A program made the translations under genes and the position numbers. This document shows positions 8,131-15,680 of a stretch of 44,393 bases of DNA, one piece after another. This stretch comes from a virus: the IMG/VR virus record IMGVR_UViG_3300032157_000019, positions 1-44,393 of that record; one strand, written 5' to 3'. How positions within the stretch are numbered: the stretch's first letter is position 1; each line of letters opens with the position of its first letter. The notes under the pieces are model-generated. The model was not told the origin of the DNA, ran no database searches, and saw only the letters and a program-made list of their open reading frames with translations.

Positions 8131-9452
8131 TAGTAGCGTGATCCCTTGGGTTTCAGGCTGAGCTTCATCAGCTCGGCGCCTGTGATATTCTCTATGCCGC
8201 GCATGGGCTCGATCCTCTTGACCACGGGCTGGGCGATCTCACGCCATGCCGTGCATAGGTAGCGGAAGGCGTCGGCCGCGTGGTTCGTCCAATCCTTGCG
8301 CGGATGGTCTTTGAACGCGGCGGTCTTCTCATCGAACTCGGCGCGGTACTGGCGAAGCGCCTCCAGGCCGGCTGCGCACTTGTTGCGGTCGAAGTAGCAG
8401 CGCGCCATGGTGAGCCTGGCTGCGTTGATGCCATCCTCCACACCCAGGTCTGGCACGAGCTCCGGGTTGCGTCTGAGGGCAACCATGGTCTCTATGCGCG
8501 TGCGGCCCGTGCCAATCTCTGTTGCGCGGGCATCGTGCGGCACCCAATCCGTCTTGATCGGGTAGGGCCGGTCGTTCAGTTCCCGGACCACCTGGGGTAT
8601 GCCGTCCGAATGCGCGCCCTCGTGGAAATCGATCACGTGGATTTCAGGGCCGACGATCTGGAATAGCCAGACCGCCATGTTCACGCCCTTGCCCAAATCC
8701 CACACTGAATAAACGGGCACGTGCGGGTCGTAGGGCACATCACGGATGCGGCCGGCGCGCTCGGCCTCGGCGATCTCCTTACCGAAGTAGGCGCCCAGGA
8801 TCGCCGCGTCGAAGCTGCACTCGAATTCCTGGGCATACTGCTCGGGCGTCATGTCCTTCGCAGCAGCCTCAAGCTCGCCGGCCGGCAGGATGCCCGTCTC
8901 GGATGCCCTCAACATGAGGGGCATCCACTCTGGGCTGCCCTGCGCGCCCTCCCAGACCTTGTGGAATGCGTTGCGCCCCTTGGGCGTGCCGATGAATGTG
9001 CTCCAGCCCTGACGATCGGTCAGCATTGGCCGGATGACTTCACCCCACACGCTGGGACGCATGTCGGCGTACTCGTCAAGCACCACGCCATCCAGATATG
9101 CGCCCCTCAGTCTGTCGGGATTGTCGGCGCCATGGATGCGGATGCGAGCACCCGTAATCAGTTCAACCCAAAGCTCGCTCTCGTTCTTGTCGGCCGTGAG
9201 GGGCAGGGCGTACCGCTTGAGGTATTCCCAGGCGACTTCCTTGGCCTGCGACAGGAACGGGGCAACGTAGGCATACCGTCCGTGCTCATACGGACACAGC
9301 GCTGCCCTTCGGATCAAATCGTTAATGCAGGCGACTGTCTTGCCCGCTCGCCTGTGAGCCACCATGACGGCCCAGCGGGTCTGCCGCTGGTGTAGCGGCA
9401 TGAACTGCTTGCGCGGGGCGTACTGGATGACTATGCGGCGGGCGCCAGCCAC
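8130..9452 (-). CDS. terL: Terminase large subunit
   Basis: 440 aa with Walker A-like VAHRRAGKTV and Walker B-like GVVLDEYADM. A C-terminal nuclease-like region is present (DWVPHD...DAFRY). It follows a small basic terS-like ORF. Confidence 0.9.
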   Translation of the reverse strand: MAGARRIVIQYAPRKQFMPLHQRQTRWAVMVAHRRAGKTVACINDLIRRAALCPYEHGRYAYVAPFLSQAKEVAWEYLKRYALPLTADKNESELWVELITGARIRIHGADNPDRLRGAYLDGVVLDEYADMRPSVWGEVIRPMLTDRQGWSTFIGTPKGRNAFHKVWEGAQGSPEWMPLMLRASETGILPAGELEAAAKDMTPEQYAQEFECSFDAAILGAYFGKEIAEAERAGRIRDVPYDPHVPVYSVWDLGKGVNMAVWLFQIVGPEIHVIDFHEGAHSDGIPQVVRELNDRPYPIKTDWVPHDARATEIGTGRTRIETMVALRRNPELVPDLGVEDGINAARLTMARCYFDRNKCAAGLEALRQYRAEFDEKTAAFKDHPRKDWTNHAADAFRYLCTAWREIAQPVVKRIEPMRGIENITGAELMKLSLKPKGSRY

Positions 9453-9760
9453 TCAATGCTCAGCTTGACCGGGCCACCGCCATCGCCCGTTATGGCCTGG
9501 GGGGACTTGCCATAGGCGCGGTCCAGAATTTCCTTGCACGCGGCAACCCTGGCCTGCTCGCTCTTGGCCTTCTTGGCCAGGCGAAACAGCTCATCGATGG
9601 CGTCGCCGCCATACTGGCTCGCAAGCGCGCGCACATCCTTGGTTGCCTTGTTCGGGCTGCCTTTCGGCCGACCCGGACCAGCTCGCCCGCGCTTTTTTTC
9701 GGTTAATTTAACCGCGGGGGTTGCGTCTTCCGGGCGTCCGCTTTTGATCGCGTCCACCAT
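9431..9760 (-). CDS. terS: Terminase small subunit
   Basis: Basic N-terminus (KKRGRAGPGRPKGSPNK) and the motif RVAACKEILDRAYGKSPQ, typical of small terminases. It overlaps the terL start. ATG 9760 (MVDAIK) was chosen; the ORF track extends to 9796. Confidence 0.75.
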   Translation of the reverse strand: MVDAIKSGRPEDATPAVKLTEKKRGRAGPGRPKGSPNKATKDVRALASQYGGDAIDELFRLAKKAKSEQARVAACKEILDRAYGKSPQAITGDGGGPVKLSIEWLAPAA

Positions 9761-10028
9761 TGTCTCTCTCGTTGTATAGGTCGAGCGCCTTGGCAATCAC
9801 CCTGCCGGCATTCTCGGCTATCTCACCCTTGCCTACGCACTCGATGAATGCACGTACGCCACCCTTGTAGAAGAATGCGGATACGCCGATCTGGCGTTGC
9901 TGGTCGTAGTGCGCGACGACGTAGGCGCCCGGTGTTGGCTGGCCGTCGATGTTGGCCGTTTTCACCACATTCAGCGGTGGGCTGAACTGAGCCGCGAATT
10001 TGCGGGCCGCCTGTTCGTTCTTGGTCAT
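9708..10028 (-). CDS. Hypothetical protein
   Basis: 106-aa ORF (MTKNEQAARKFAAQF...). Its 3' end overlaps the terS start region. No motif recognised. Confidence 0.5.
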   Translation of the reverse strand: MTKNEQAARKFAAQFSPPLNVVKTANIDGQPTPGAYVVAHYDQQRQIGVSAFFYKGGVRAFIECVGKGEIAENAGRVIAKALDLYNERDNGGRDQKRTPGRRNPRG

Positions 10029-10189
10029 GGCGCATCCAACTCCTTACTGATGCGCTCAATCAGATCGTTGTAGCCACTAGACGCCCGGTACTCTGGCGTT
10101 AGCAGGATGCGAGCCATCCGCTGAAGGTGCTCGCGGGAGTCGCGCAGCATTTCCAACAACCGCGCGATACGCTCATCATGGTCGGTCAT
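10025..10189 (-). CDS. Hypothetical small protein
   Basis: Internal ATG 10189 (MTDHDERIARLLEMLRDSREHLQRM...) of track ORF 10025..10252. Its stop overlaps the next start. Confidence 0.45.
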   Translation of the reverse strand: MTDHDERIARLLEMLRDSREHLQRMARILLTPEYRASSGYNDLIERISKELDAP

Positions 10190-10375
10190 CGTGGCACCCG
10201 CAGCTTGAAGCGCATGCGGCGCACCAATTCTGCCTGACGGTTGCGTAGGCACTTATTAAGTGAAATAACCGCGACTGAGCTTGGCTCATCGCGCTTTGCT
10301 GCCCCGCGCCTCACCCCATGAGGGGTCGCGTCGGATCGGGCTTGCGATACCCTATACCCGTTGGGGGTAATCATG

Positions 10376-10621
10376 TCAATCCCCATCCTTTGGCATCGAC
10401 TCGTGCATGAACACGCGCAGCGAAAATGCGTCGTGGTGATTGTTCGGTCGCACCCATGACATTGTGCCTAATGCTGGAGTGACGACACACCACGTGCAGC
10501 CCTCTGGCTTGTGGCCGCTCATGACGGCCTTCCGTGCATCCTCTTTCGTTGCATATAGGCCGATCGCAACGGGCTTCTGGTCCACGTCACTCAGACCGAG
10601 CAGGATTATGGGGTCGCTCAC
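10376..10621 (-). CDS. Hypothetical protein
   Basis: 81-aa ORF MSDPIILLGLSDVDQKPVAIGLYATKEDARKAV.... Its start overlaps the upstream stop by 4 nt. Confidence 0.5.
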   Translation of the reverse strand: MSDPIILLGLSDVDQKPVAIGLYATKEDARKAVMSGHKPEGCTWCVVTPALGTMSWVRPNNHHDAFSLRVFMHESMPKDGD

Positions 10622-10842
10622 TCAGACTCTCCGTTGACCCAATAGGCTTCAAACATGCGCCGACCATCCTTGCCGGGCGCGCCGCGCACGAGCTGACCAA
10701 CGGCTACCGAACCCGTCCAATTCTCATCGAGCACAATTGTTGCAGTCGAACCGAGTTGCGTCTGCTGCCCATGCACCCACACAGCGCGCACGCGCCAGCC
10801 TTGCAATTCTCGGGCGTCAACGAAGCTGAACGCTATCATCAA
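10618..10842 (-). CDS. Hypothetical protein
   Basis: 74-aa ORF following the NusG-like gene, with beta-rich composition. No motif recognised. Confidence 0.5.
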   Translation of the reverse strand: MMIAFSFVDARELQGWRVRAVWVHGQQTQLGSTATIVLDENWTGSVAVGQLVRGAPGKDGRRMFEAYWVNGESE

Positions 10843-10852
10843 ATTCTCCTGG

Positions 10853-11368
10853 TCAATAGCGAGATGCCAGCCGCATGTTTCGTTCCGAAACCAACTCCAG
10901 CGCGTCCAGTGGCAGCTTCAGCGGCGTGCCCTTCCCGAATATGCTAACGGACATCTCCGCATGCTTCTTGCGGATGACGAGAACTTCAGCCTTGAACCCG
11001 CGGAACGCCCCGACCATGACCTCCACATAGCTGCCCTTCTTGATCCCGCGATACTCTGGCTCTGCCGGCGCAGCCTTCGCGAGCCGCTTGATCTGGTCCC
11101 TTGGGATGACCGCAGGATAGCCGTCGCTGAGCCTCAGAACGTCGTACACGCCTGGTTTGTCCAGGGCGGCCCCCAGATCGCTCTTGGCTGGCAGGAAGAC
11201 GTACCCTGGCATGAGCGCCCGCCTGACCTCCACCATGCGTCTGTCGCGCCTGTGGACGCGGCGGAGGAAGGTCTGGGTGGGGACATAGGCTTTTCGGCCT
11301 GGCTGACGCAGGGCGCGCTGGCAGGCTTCCTCACGACCGGATATGACTTGCAGGGCGTACCAGCTCAC
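10853..11368 (-). CDS. NusG/RfaH-like transcription antitermination (processivity) factor
   Basis: NGN-type N-terminus SWYALQVISGREEACQRAL. KOW-type C-terminus GSYVEVMVGAFRGFKAEVLVIRKKHAEMSVSIFGKGTPLKLPLDALELV. The GTG start overlaps the upstream stop (GTGA). Confidence 0.75.
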   Translation of the reverse strand: MSWYALQVISGREEACQRALRQPGRKAYVPTQTFLRRVHRRDRRMVEVRRALMPGYVFLPAKSDLGAALDKPGVYDVLRLSDGYPAVIPRDQIKRLAKAAPAEPEYRGIKKGSYVEVMVGAFRGFKAEVLVIRKKHAEMSVSIFGKGTPLKLPLDALELVSERNMRLASRY

Positions 11369-11658
11369 CGTCTTCCCTCTCCTGTGAATTCGGAAATGTC
11401 CGTCTGCCGCATGCGGTCGGCCTTGGCGAACTGCGGGGCAACAAGGGCCGGGCCGACATTCGGCAGGGTTGCGATGAACTCCAGCAGTCGCTTCTTACTG
11501 GTGCCGGATGGCAGCCGCATCGGGGCAAGCCGCTTGCCCATCACGCCGTCCGGCATGATTTGCAGCTCGCAGCCGGACCACCAGTACCGGCCGCGCGAAA
11601 AACCGCGCTCCGCCATGGCGTCGGCGATCAATTGCCTGATAGCTTCGCGCTTCATCAC
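11365..11658 (-). CDS. Hypothetical protein
   Basis: 97-aa ORF, translationally coupled on both sides. Confidence 0.5.
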   Translation of the reverse strand: MMKREAIRQLIADAMAERGFSRGRYWWSGCELQIMPDGVMGKRLAPMRLPSGTSKKRLLEFIATLPNVGPALVAPQFAKADRMRQTDISEFTGEGRR

Positions 11659-11876
11659 TGCCCCCTATCGATCGGCTCACGGACGGCCACCAAGTGCAGA
11701 CCACCACCCTTGGGCATGACCTTCCCGGTCTTCAGCCAATGGATGTATAGGTCCATATCCGCGATGGTCTCGCGAGCGGAGATGTCCGGCGCGGCGATCT
11801 GGCCGAATACACGCTCGCGGAGAATGCGGTCTGATGACTTCCGCTTGCGTGGGGAGGGCTTGGAGCGGCGGGGCAT
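11655..11876 (-). CDS. Hypothetical protein
   Basis: 73-aa ORF with a basic N-terminus (PRRSKPSPRKRKSS). Confidence 0.45.
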   Translation of the reverse strand: MPRRSKPSPRKRKSSDRILRERVFGQIAAPDISARETIADMDLYIHWLKTGKVMPKGGGLHLVAVREPIDRGQ

Positions 11877-11879
11877 GGG

Positions 11880-12974
11880 CTAGGCCTCATGTCTACGTTT
11901 TTGCGTTTTGACGACACGTTTTCTGGATGTGCGCTCGGGAACGACATATTCGCCGCGAAGCGCCTGCAGAACCCTCACGCCCTGATCCACATCCGCGAAG
12001 GCCAGCACCTTGCCTGGCCCCTCGCACTCCGGATTGAAGATCGTCAGGATACCGCAACCGTGCCTGTCGTCCGGATACCCCAGGCGGCGGGCGTGCGGAT
12101 CATGCCTCTTGTAGCCACGAGTCCGGATTGACAGAGGAGCCTTGCCGGACTCCGGCATTTCGAATTGTTGTATACCCCACGTGTGTTTGTGTCCGCACAC
12201 GTACAAATCAGCGCCGTCGCCTAGCATCCTGGGCGCGCGCGACGGGCCATGGTTCACATTCCACATGCTATGGCCGGGGAAGTCGTGCGCAGCGTGCACC
12301 CTGACCTTGCGGCCGGACGGCCAGACCATCTCGAATTTGGCCGACCAATCGAACATGGGCACCCGGTTGTGGATGTCCATCAGCCGCAGGACTTCCGAGC
12401 CGTCGTTCCACTCGTCGTGATTTCCAAAAAGCCAAACTAGCCAGGTTATGCCGGCCTCCGACAGGAACCACTTGGCGAGCTGGCGCTCTGTGCGCCGGCT
12501 GATGTCCTGCTCGGCGGCTATCCTCATGAGGCTGCCGACCCAATTGTCGGACACGTCCCCGATGTTCGCGCCGTACAGGCCGGGCACCGTGGCGCAGTAG
12601 GTCACGTCGCGGCGAAGGCGGGTGATATCACAGAGCACGCCGATGTGCGGGTCTCCGAACCACAACACGCCAATCGGCTTGGGGTCGTTGATCTGGACCC
12701 GAAACCAGCGCTCGGCCTGCATGCGCTTGTCGCGGCGGCGGCTGTCGCGCTCCAGGCGGTTCAGGATGTCTTCGGTGTCTGGGTGCTTGCGAGGGAAACG
12801 GGGCAGCTCGATCAGAGGCTTTTCGGCGCGCGCGCCGGCATCCCGCATGCCAACCGAGCCAGAACCCTCGCGCTCTTTCTGCAGCTCCCAAACGAACTTG
12901 TTGTATGGCATATTCAGCGCGCGTGCCGCCTTGCGCTGCCCGCCGTACTCGCCTATCGCCGCTTCGAATTTCAT
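11880..12974 (-). CDS. Calcineurin-like metallophosphoesterase with N-terminal HTH-like segment
   Basis: Metallophosphoesterase motifs appear in order: GDPHIG, GDVSDNW, GNHDEW, GHKHTW. The N-terminus GGQRKAARALNMPYNKFVWELQK looks like an HTH. Confidence 0.8.
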   Translation of the reverse strand: MKFEAAIGEYGGQRKAARALNMPYNKFVWELQKEREGSGSVGMRDAGARAEKPLIELPRFPRKHPDTEDILNRLERDSRRRDKRMQAERWFRVQINDPKPIGVLWFGDPHIGVLCDITRLRRDVTYCATVPGLYGANIGDVSDNWVGSLMRIAAEQDISRRTERQLAKWFLSEAGITWLVWLFGNHDEWNDGSEVLRLMDIHNRVPMFDWSAKFEMVWPSGRKVRVHAAHDFPGHSMWNVNHGPSRAPRMLGDGADLYVCGHKHTWGIQQFEMPESGKAPLSIRTRGYKRHDPHARRLGYPDDRHGCGILTIFNPECEGPGKVLAFADVDQGVRVLQALRGEYVVPERTSRKRVVKTQKRRHEA

Positions 12975-13029
12975 TTCATTCCCGCCTCTGTTGCGGCTGC
13001 CTTACTCGGATACCCGTTTGTGGAGATTG

Positions 13030-13440
13030 CTAGTCCCATGCGACCACCTTGAGGGATGAGCGGCGAGTGGCCGCCCGAAGCTCGGCCTCCAGATGCTTGA
13101 TGCGATCCTGATCGGCCTGCGACGTTGCCCCGAAGTCGTGTGCGCAGTTCGGACAAATCACGTGGTCAGCCGGGCATTCCTTCGGGGCCGCATCTGACTG
13201 CTCGCGCCACCTAGACCACTGCTTCCGTCCGGGCGCGGGCATCTCATGGCGTGCTAGGTGCTCGCCAACCACCAAGCAGCCCCCATACCCGAGCCACGAC
13301 TTTACGCGATCCAGCCGGCTTGAGATGGTCGCTGGCGTGATGCGCTCGTGGAACAGGGGCGGCCGGTCGCGAAGCTCGACGAGCCGGCGCGTGACGCGGA
13401 CAATCGTGTGGGTGTCGAGCCTCACAGGATCGACCTCCAC
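13030..13440 (-). CDS. Hypothetical protein with a possible zinc-binding motif
   Basis: 136-aa ORF containing CPADHVICPNCAHDF and a C-terminal helical region. An alternative GTG start at 13425 overlaps the upstream stop. Confidence 0.5.
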   Translation of the reverse strand: MEVDPVRLDTHTIVRVTRRLVELRDRPPLFHERITPATISSRLDRVKSWLGYGGCLVVGEHLARHEMPAPGRKQWSRWREQSDAAPKECPADHVICPNCAHDFGATSQADQDRIKHLEAELRAATRRSSLKVVAWD

Positions 13441-13610
13441 GCATCGTTGTCCGGCGTTTCCTTCACCACCCGCTTGATCCGGCGTTCCTCGGCCTGCTGC
13501 AGGCGGGCAAGGGCTTCCTCTGCTCGTGCGCAGCGCTGCTCGGATAGGCGGCGGCGCTGGCGTTCCCAGGTGAGCTGCTGGCGGAGCTGGTCTTTGGTCT
13601 CGCGGGTCAT
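13422..13610 (-). CDS. Hypothetical small coiled-coil protein
   Basis: Internal ATG 13610 (MTRETKDQLRQQLTWERQRRRLSEQ...) overlaps the upstream stop as ATGA. Confidence 0.45.
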   Translation of the reverse strand: MTRETKDQLRQQLTWERQRRRLSEQRCARAEEALARLQQAEERRIKRVVKETPDNDAWRSIL

Positions 13611-13783
13611 GCTGCCTTCCTTTCCGCCTTGCGCAGCTCGCCGAGAAGGCGGTTGCGGAAGGACTCGATTTCCTCCAGGGCCTGAGACACGCTCATGCCT
13701 CCCCAATGGCCATGGCAGTCCTCGATCAGCTTGGCGATCGTGTCTGCGGCTTCGATCTGGGCGCGGAGTTGTTCGGGGGTCAT
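13607..13783 (-). CDS. Hypothetical small protein
   Basis: Internal ATG 13783 (MTPEQLRAQIEAADTIAKLIEDCHGHW...) overlaps the upstream stop as ATGA. Confidence 0.45.
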   Translation of the reverse strand: MTPEQLRAQIEAADTIAKLIEDCHGHWGGMSVSQALEEIESFRNRLLGELRKAERKAA

Positions 13784-14391
13784 GCGTTCACCCACATGGC
13801 TGATCCTGCGATAGAGAGGAGGAGGTTGCGGAATTCGATCGGGGTGGCTGCGCGCTGGTTCTTGGACAAGCGCTGACACACGCCGGTCTTGATCAGGCGC
13901 CTGCGCTGCTCGATGGTCAGGGATGGATCATCTGCGCCGGGAACGCGCTTCACGCAGGCATCCCAACGCAGCTCGGGAAGAACCACGCGGTTCACGTACA
14001 GCCAGGTTAGCTTGCGGGCGCGGTGGCCGTAGTTGCCTTGAGCAACGCAACACGTCCAGCCGCCGCGATCATCGGCCGGCACCCAGCCACCCTTGCGTGG
14101 CGGTTTGCGTAGGCCGTAGATGCGCCAGGCGTGGCTGCCCTCGGGATGTTCGATGACGCCGCCGTACTTGCGAACCGAGGCGAGCGCCGCTTCGAAGCAG
14201 CCATCGTCCTGGCCGAGCAGTGGGCCGGCGTACCTTCCGAAGCGCTCACACGGCGGGTGTGCAACGATCGGCCACGGGCCTGCGTACTTGCGGGCATCAC
14301 GGGATTCCGGCCAGGCGTCGATCCTGGGATGGCCGACGTATGCGCCCTTGGGCATTACGAACAGGGCTGCGATCTGGAAAGGGGCGGTCAT
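13780..14391 (-). CDS. Short C5-cytosine-methyltransferase-like protein (catalytic-core motifs only)
   Basis: 203 aa. VAHPPCERF resembles motif IV (PPCQ). GVIEHPEGS resembles motif VI (ENV). NYGHRARKLTWLYV resembles motif VIII (YG..QxRxR). TPIEFRNLL resembles the motif IX region. No clear FxGxG AdoMet motif is present. Confidence 0.55.
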   Translation of the reverse strand: MTAPFQIAALFVMPKGAYVGHPRIDAWPESRDARKYAGPWPIVAHPPCERFGRYAGPLLGQDDGCFEAALASVRKYGGVIEHPEGSHAWRIYGLRKPPRKGGWVPADDRGGWTCCVAQGNYGHRARKLTWLYVNRVVLPELRWDACVKRVPGADDPSLTIEQRRRLIKTGVCQRLSKNQRAATPIEFRNLLLSIAGSAMWVNA

Positions 14392-15221
14392 TGGACCCCC
14401 ACTGGCTTGAACTTGCCTTCGCGGCCCCGCTCACACATCCGGTCAAGCCGGTCCTCTAGGCGATCGACCACCGCGCATATGCGATCGGCCGTTTCCGCGT
14501 TGCCCGCATCGATTTGCTTTGCGAGGGCTGACTGAAGGCGGGCGATGACGCCCTCGATCCGGCCGACCTCTCGGAAGAACGCGCTTTCCTGCGGCATCTT
14601 GGGCATCGGCCCGCCGAACTCGGTCGCGTACTGCCAGAGGAAGAAAAACCGGGTCTGCTCGATGTCGCGGGGCTCTGGCTTCACGAGGTCGAGCATCTTG
14701 GCCGCGAACACCTGGGCCTGCGCCTCATGGTCAACGGGCGCAGCAGGCACCCTCACTCGAATAGCCTCTTTCTTCAAATGCGCGGAACGCGCCTTGGATA
14801 TATTCTTTAGAGACGCCAAATTGGCGTCTGGATTGGACTGTGTGGCGTCTGGTTGGCCACCACACGCCGTTGTGGCGTCTGGCGCGTCAATTCCGCCTTC
14901 GTCGGCGCTGATATCGCTGACCAAAACCATGTTCGGCGGAAACTTCGGGTGAAACTTAGTGTAGGCACCGAGAGTGCCGTTCGATAGTCGCGGGCGCGTG
15001 GCTGTCAGAAGCTTCGCCTTCCGAGCGGCTGCCAGATGACGGCTGATTGAGCGCGGACTCATGCCCGTGTCGCTCACCAGCTTGTCGATCGAGGGCCATG
15101 CGCCCTTGCCCGCATCACTCAGGTAGTTTGCGATTGCCCAGCACAGAGCCTTGGTGAGCGTCGGAACCTTCGCCTTCGCGACCGCCTGACGCCAAGACCA
15201 AACGGGTATCTTCGCGCTCAC
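14388..15221 (-). CDS. Replication initiator-like protein (N-terminal winged-helix/HTH_36-type domain)
   Basis: LTKALCWAIANYLSDAGKGAWPSIDKLVSDTGMSPRSISRHLAAARKAKLL is the typical HTH of phage/plasmid replication initiators. The gene contains an iteron cluster internally. The GTG start overlaps the upstream stop. Confidence 0.7.
   Translation of the reverse strand: MSAKIPVWSWRQAVAKAKVPTLTKALCWAIANYLSDAGKGAWPSIDKLVSDTGMSPRSISRHLAAARKAKLLTATRPRLSNGTLGAYTKFHPKFPPNMVLVSDISADEGGIDAPDATTACGGQPDATQSNPDANLASLKNISKARSAHLKKEAIRVRVPAAPVDHEAQAQVFAAKMLDLVKPEPRDIEQTRFFFLWQYATEFGGPMPKMPQESAFFREVGRIEGVIARLQSALAKQIDAGNAETADRICAVVDRLEDRLDRMCERGREGKFKPVGVQ
14811..14882. promoter_or_regulatory. Candidate origin of replication: iterons inside the initiator gene
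   Basis: TGGCGTCTGG occurs three times: 14822..14831, 14843..14852 and 14873..14882. A perfect 19-bp palindrome AGACGCCAAATTGGCGTCT spans 14811..14829. The encoded peptide is the low-complexity linker PDATTACGGQPDATQSNPDAN. Confidence 0.55.
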
Positions 15222-15445
15222 GCGACCTCCGACAGAGAGGGGAGGCCAAGGCGGCGGCGCCAGCGCACGCGGACATTGTAGAGCCAGCCAGCGCGCTGAA
15301 TGTCGCGCTCTTTCTGGGCGTCGAGCAAATCTTCAGCCACGCAATTCAGCGAGCAGTAGTGCTCGTAGCGGCCACCGCCGATAGGCCTCGGTGCGATGCT
15401 TTCGCCACACCACGTGCAATGATGCGCGCCGTACTTATCACGCAT
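15218..15445 (-). CDS. Small zinc-ribbon-like protein, first gene of the leftward operon
   Basis: ATG 15445 is preceded by GGAG at 8 nt. Translation: MRDKYGAHHCTWCGESIAPRPIGGGRYEHYCSLNCVAEDL.... The track ORF extends to 15490, into the operator. Confidence 0.5.
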   Translation of the reverse strand: MRDKYGAHHCTWCGESIAPRPIGGGRYEHYCSLNCVAEDLLDAQKERDIQRAGWLYNVRVRWRRRLGLPSLSEVA

Positions 15446-15480
15446 GCGCAGGGCTCCAAATAACATAGGGTTGCATGCGC

Positions 15481-15497
15481 AGTCACCCACGGTGACT
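15481..15497. promoter_or_regulatory. Operator, variant half-sites (AGTCAC-N5-GTGACT)
   Basis: Perfect dyad agtcacccacggtgact, related to the AACTCAC-N5-GTGAGTT family. It lies just upstream of the first leftward gene. Confidence 0.5.
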
Positions 15498-15556
15498 CAA
15501 CAAATCGCCGCAACCGCTTGACAATATCGGGGATTTCGCACCGGAAAGCAATCATA

Positions 15557-15575
15557 AACTCACCGTGGGTGAGTT
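15557..15575. promoter_or_regulatory. Operator (AACTCAC-N5-GTGAGTT)
   Basis: Perfect 7+7 dyad aactcaccgtgggtgagtt in the divergent intergenic region 15446..15680. Confidence 0.65.
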
Positions 15576-15639
15576 ATTTTTCTTGACCAGCCATGCAACT
15601 CCGCATACGGTGCGTCAGGCCTAGGACTAAAGACTAGGG

Positions 15640-15664
15640 CTATTGGCGAGACCTATTGGCGAGA
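15640..15664. repeat. Tandem 12-bp direct repeat CTATTGGCGAGA x2
   Basis: Copies at 15640..15651 and 15653..15664, 17 bp upstream of the HNH/ParA operon start codon. Confidence 0.7.
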
Positions 15665-15680
15665 GGTAGGCCCGAGGACT

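Noticed and set aside
10186-10386. Track ORF 10186..10386 (-) as a gene filling the non-coding gap
   Set aside because: Its composition is off-frame-like (RRGAAKRDEPSS, RRMRFKLRVPR). Its start overlaps the upstream gene, and no RBS is present. It is kept as a possible regulatory gap instead.
15346-15555. Track ORF 15346..15555 (-) covering the operator/promoter region
   Set aside because: It overlaps the two operators and the predicted promoter, overlaps the better-supported zinc-ribbon ORF in another frame, and has no RBS.
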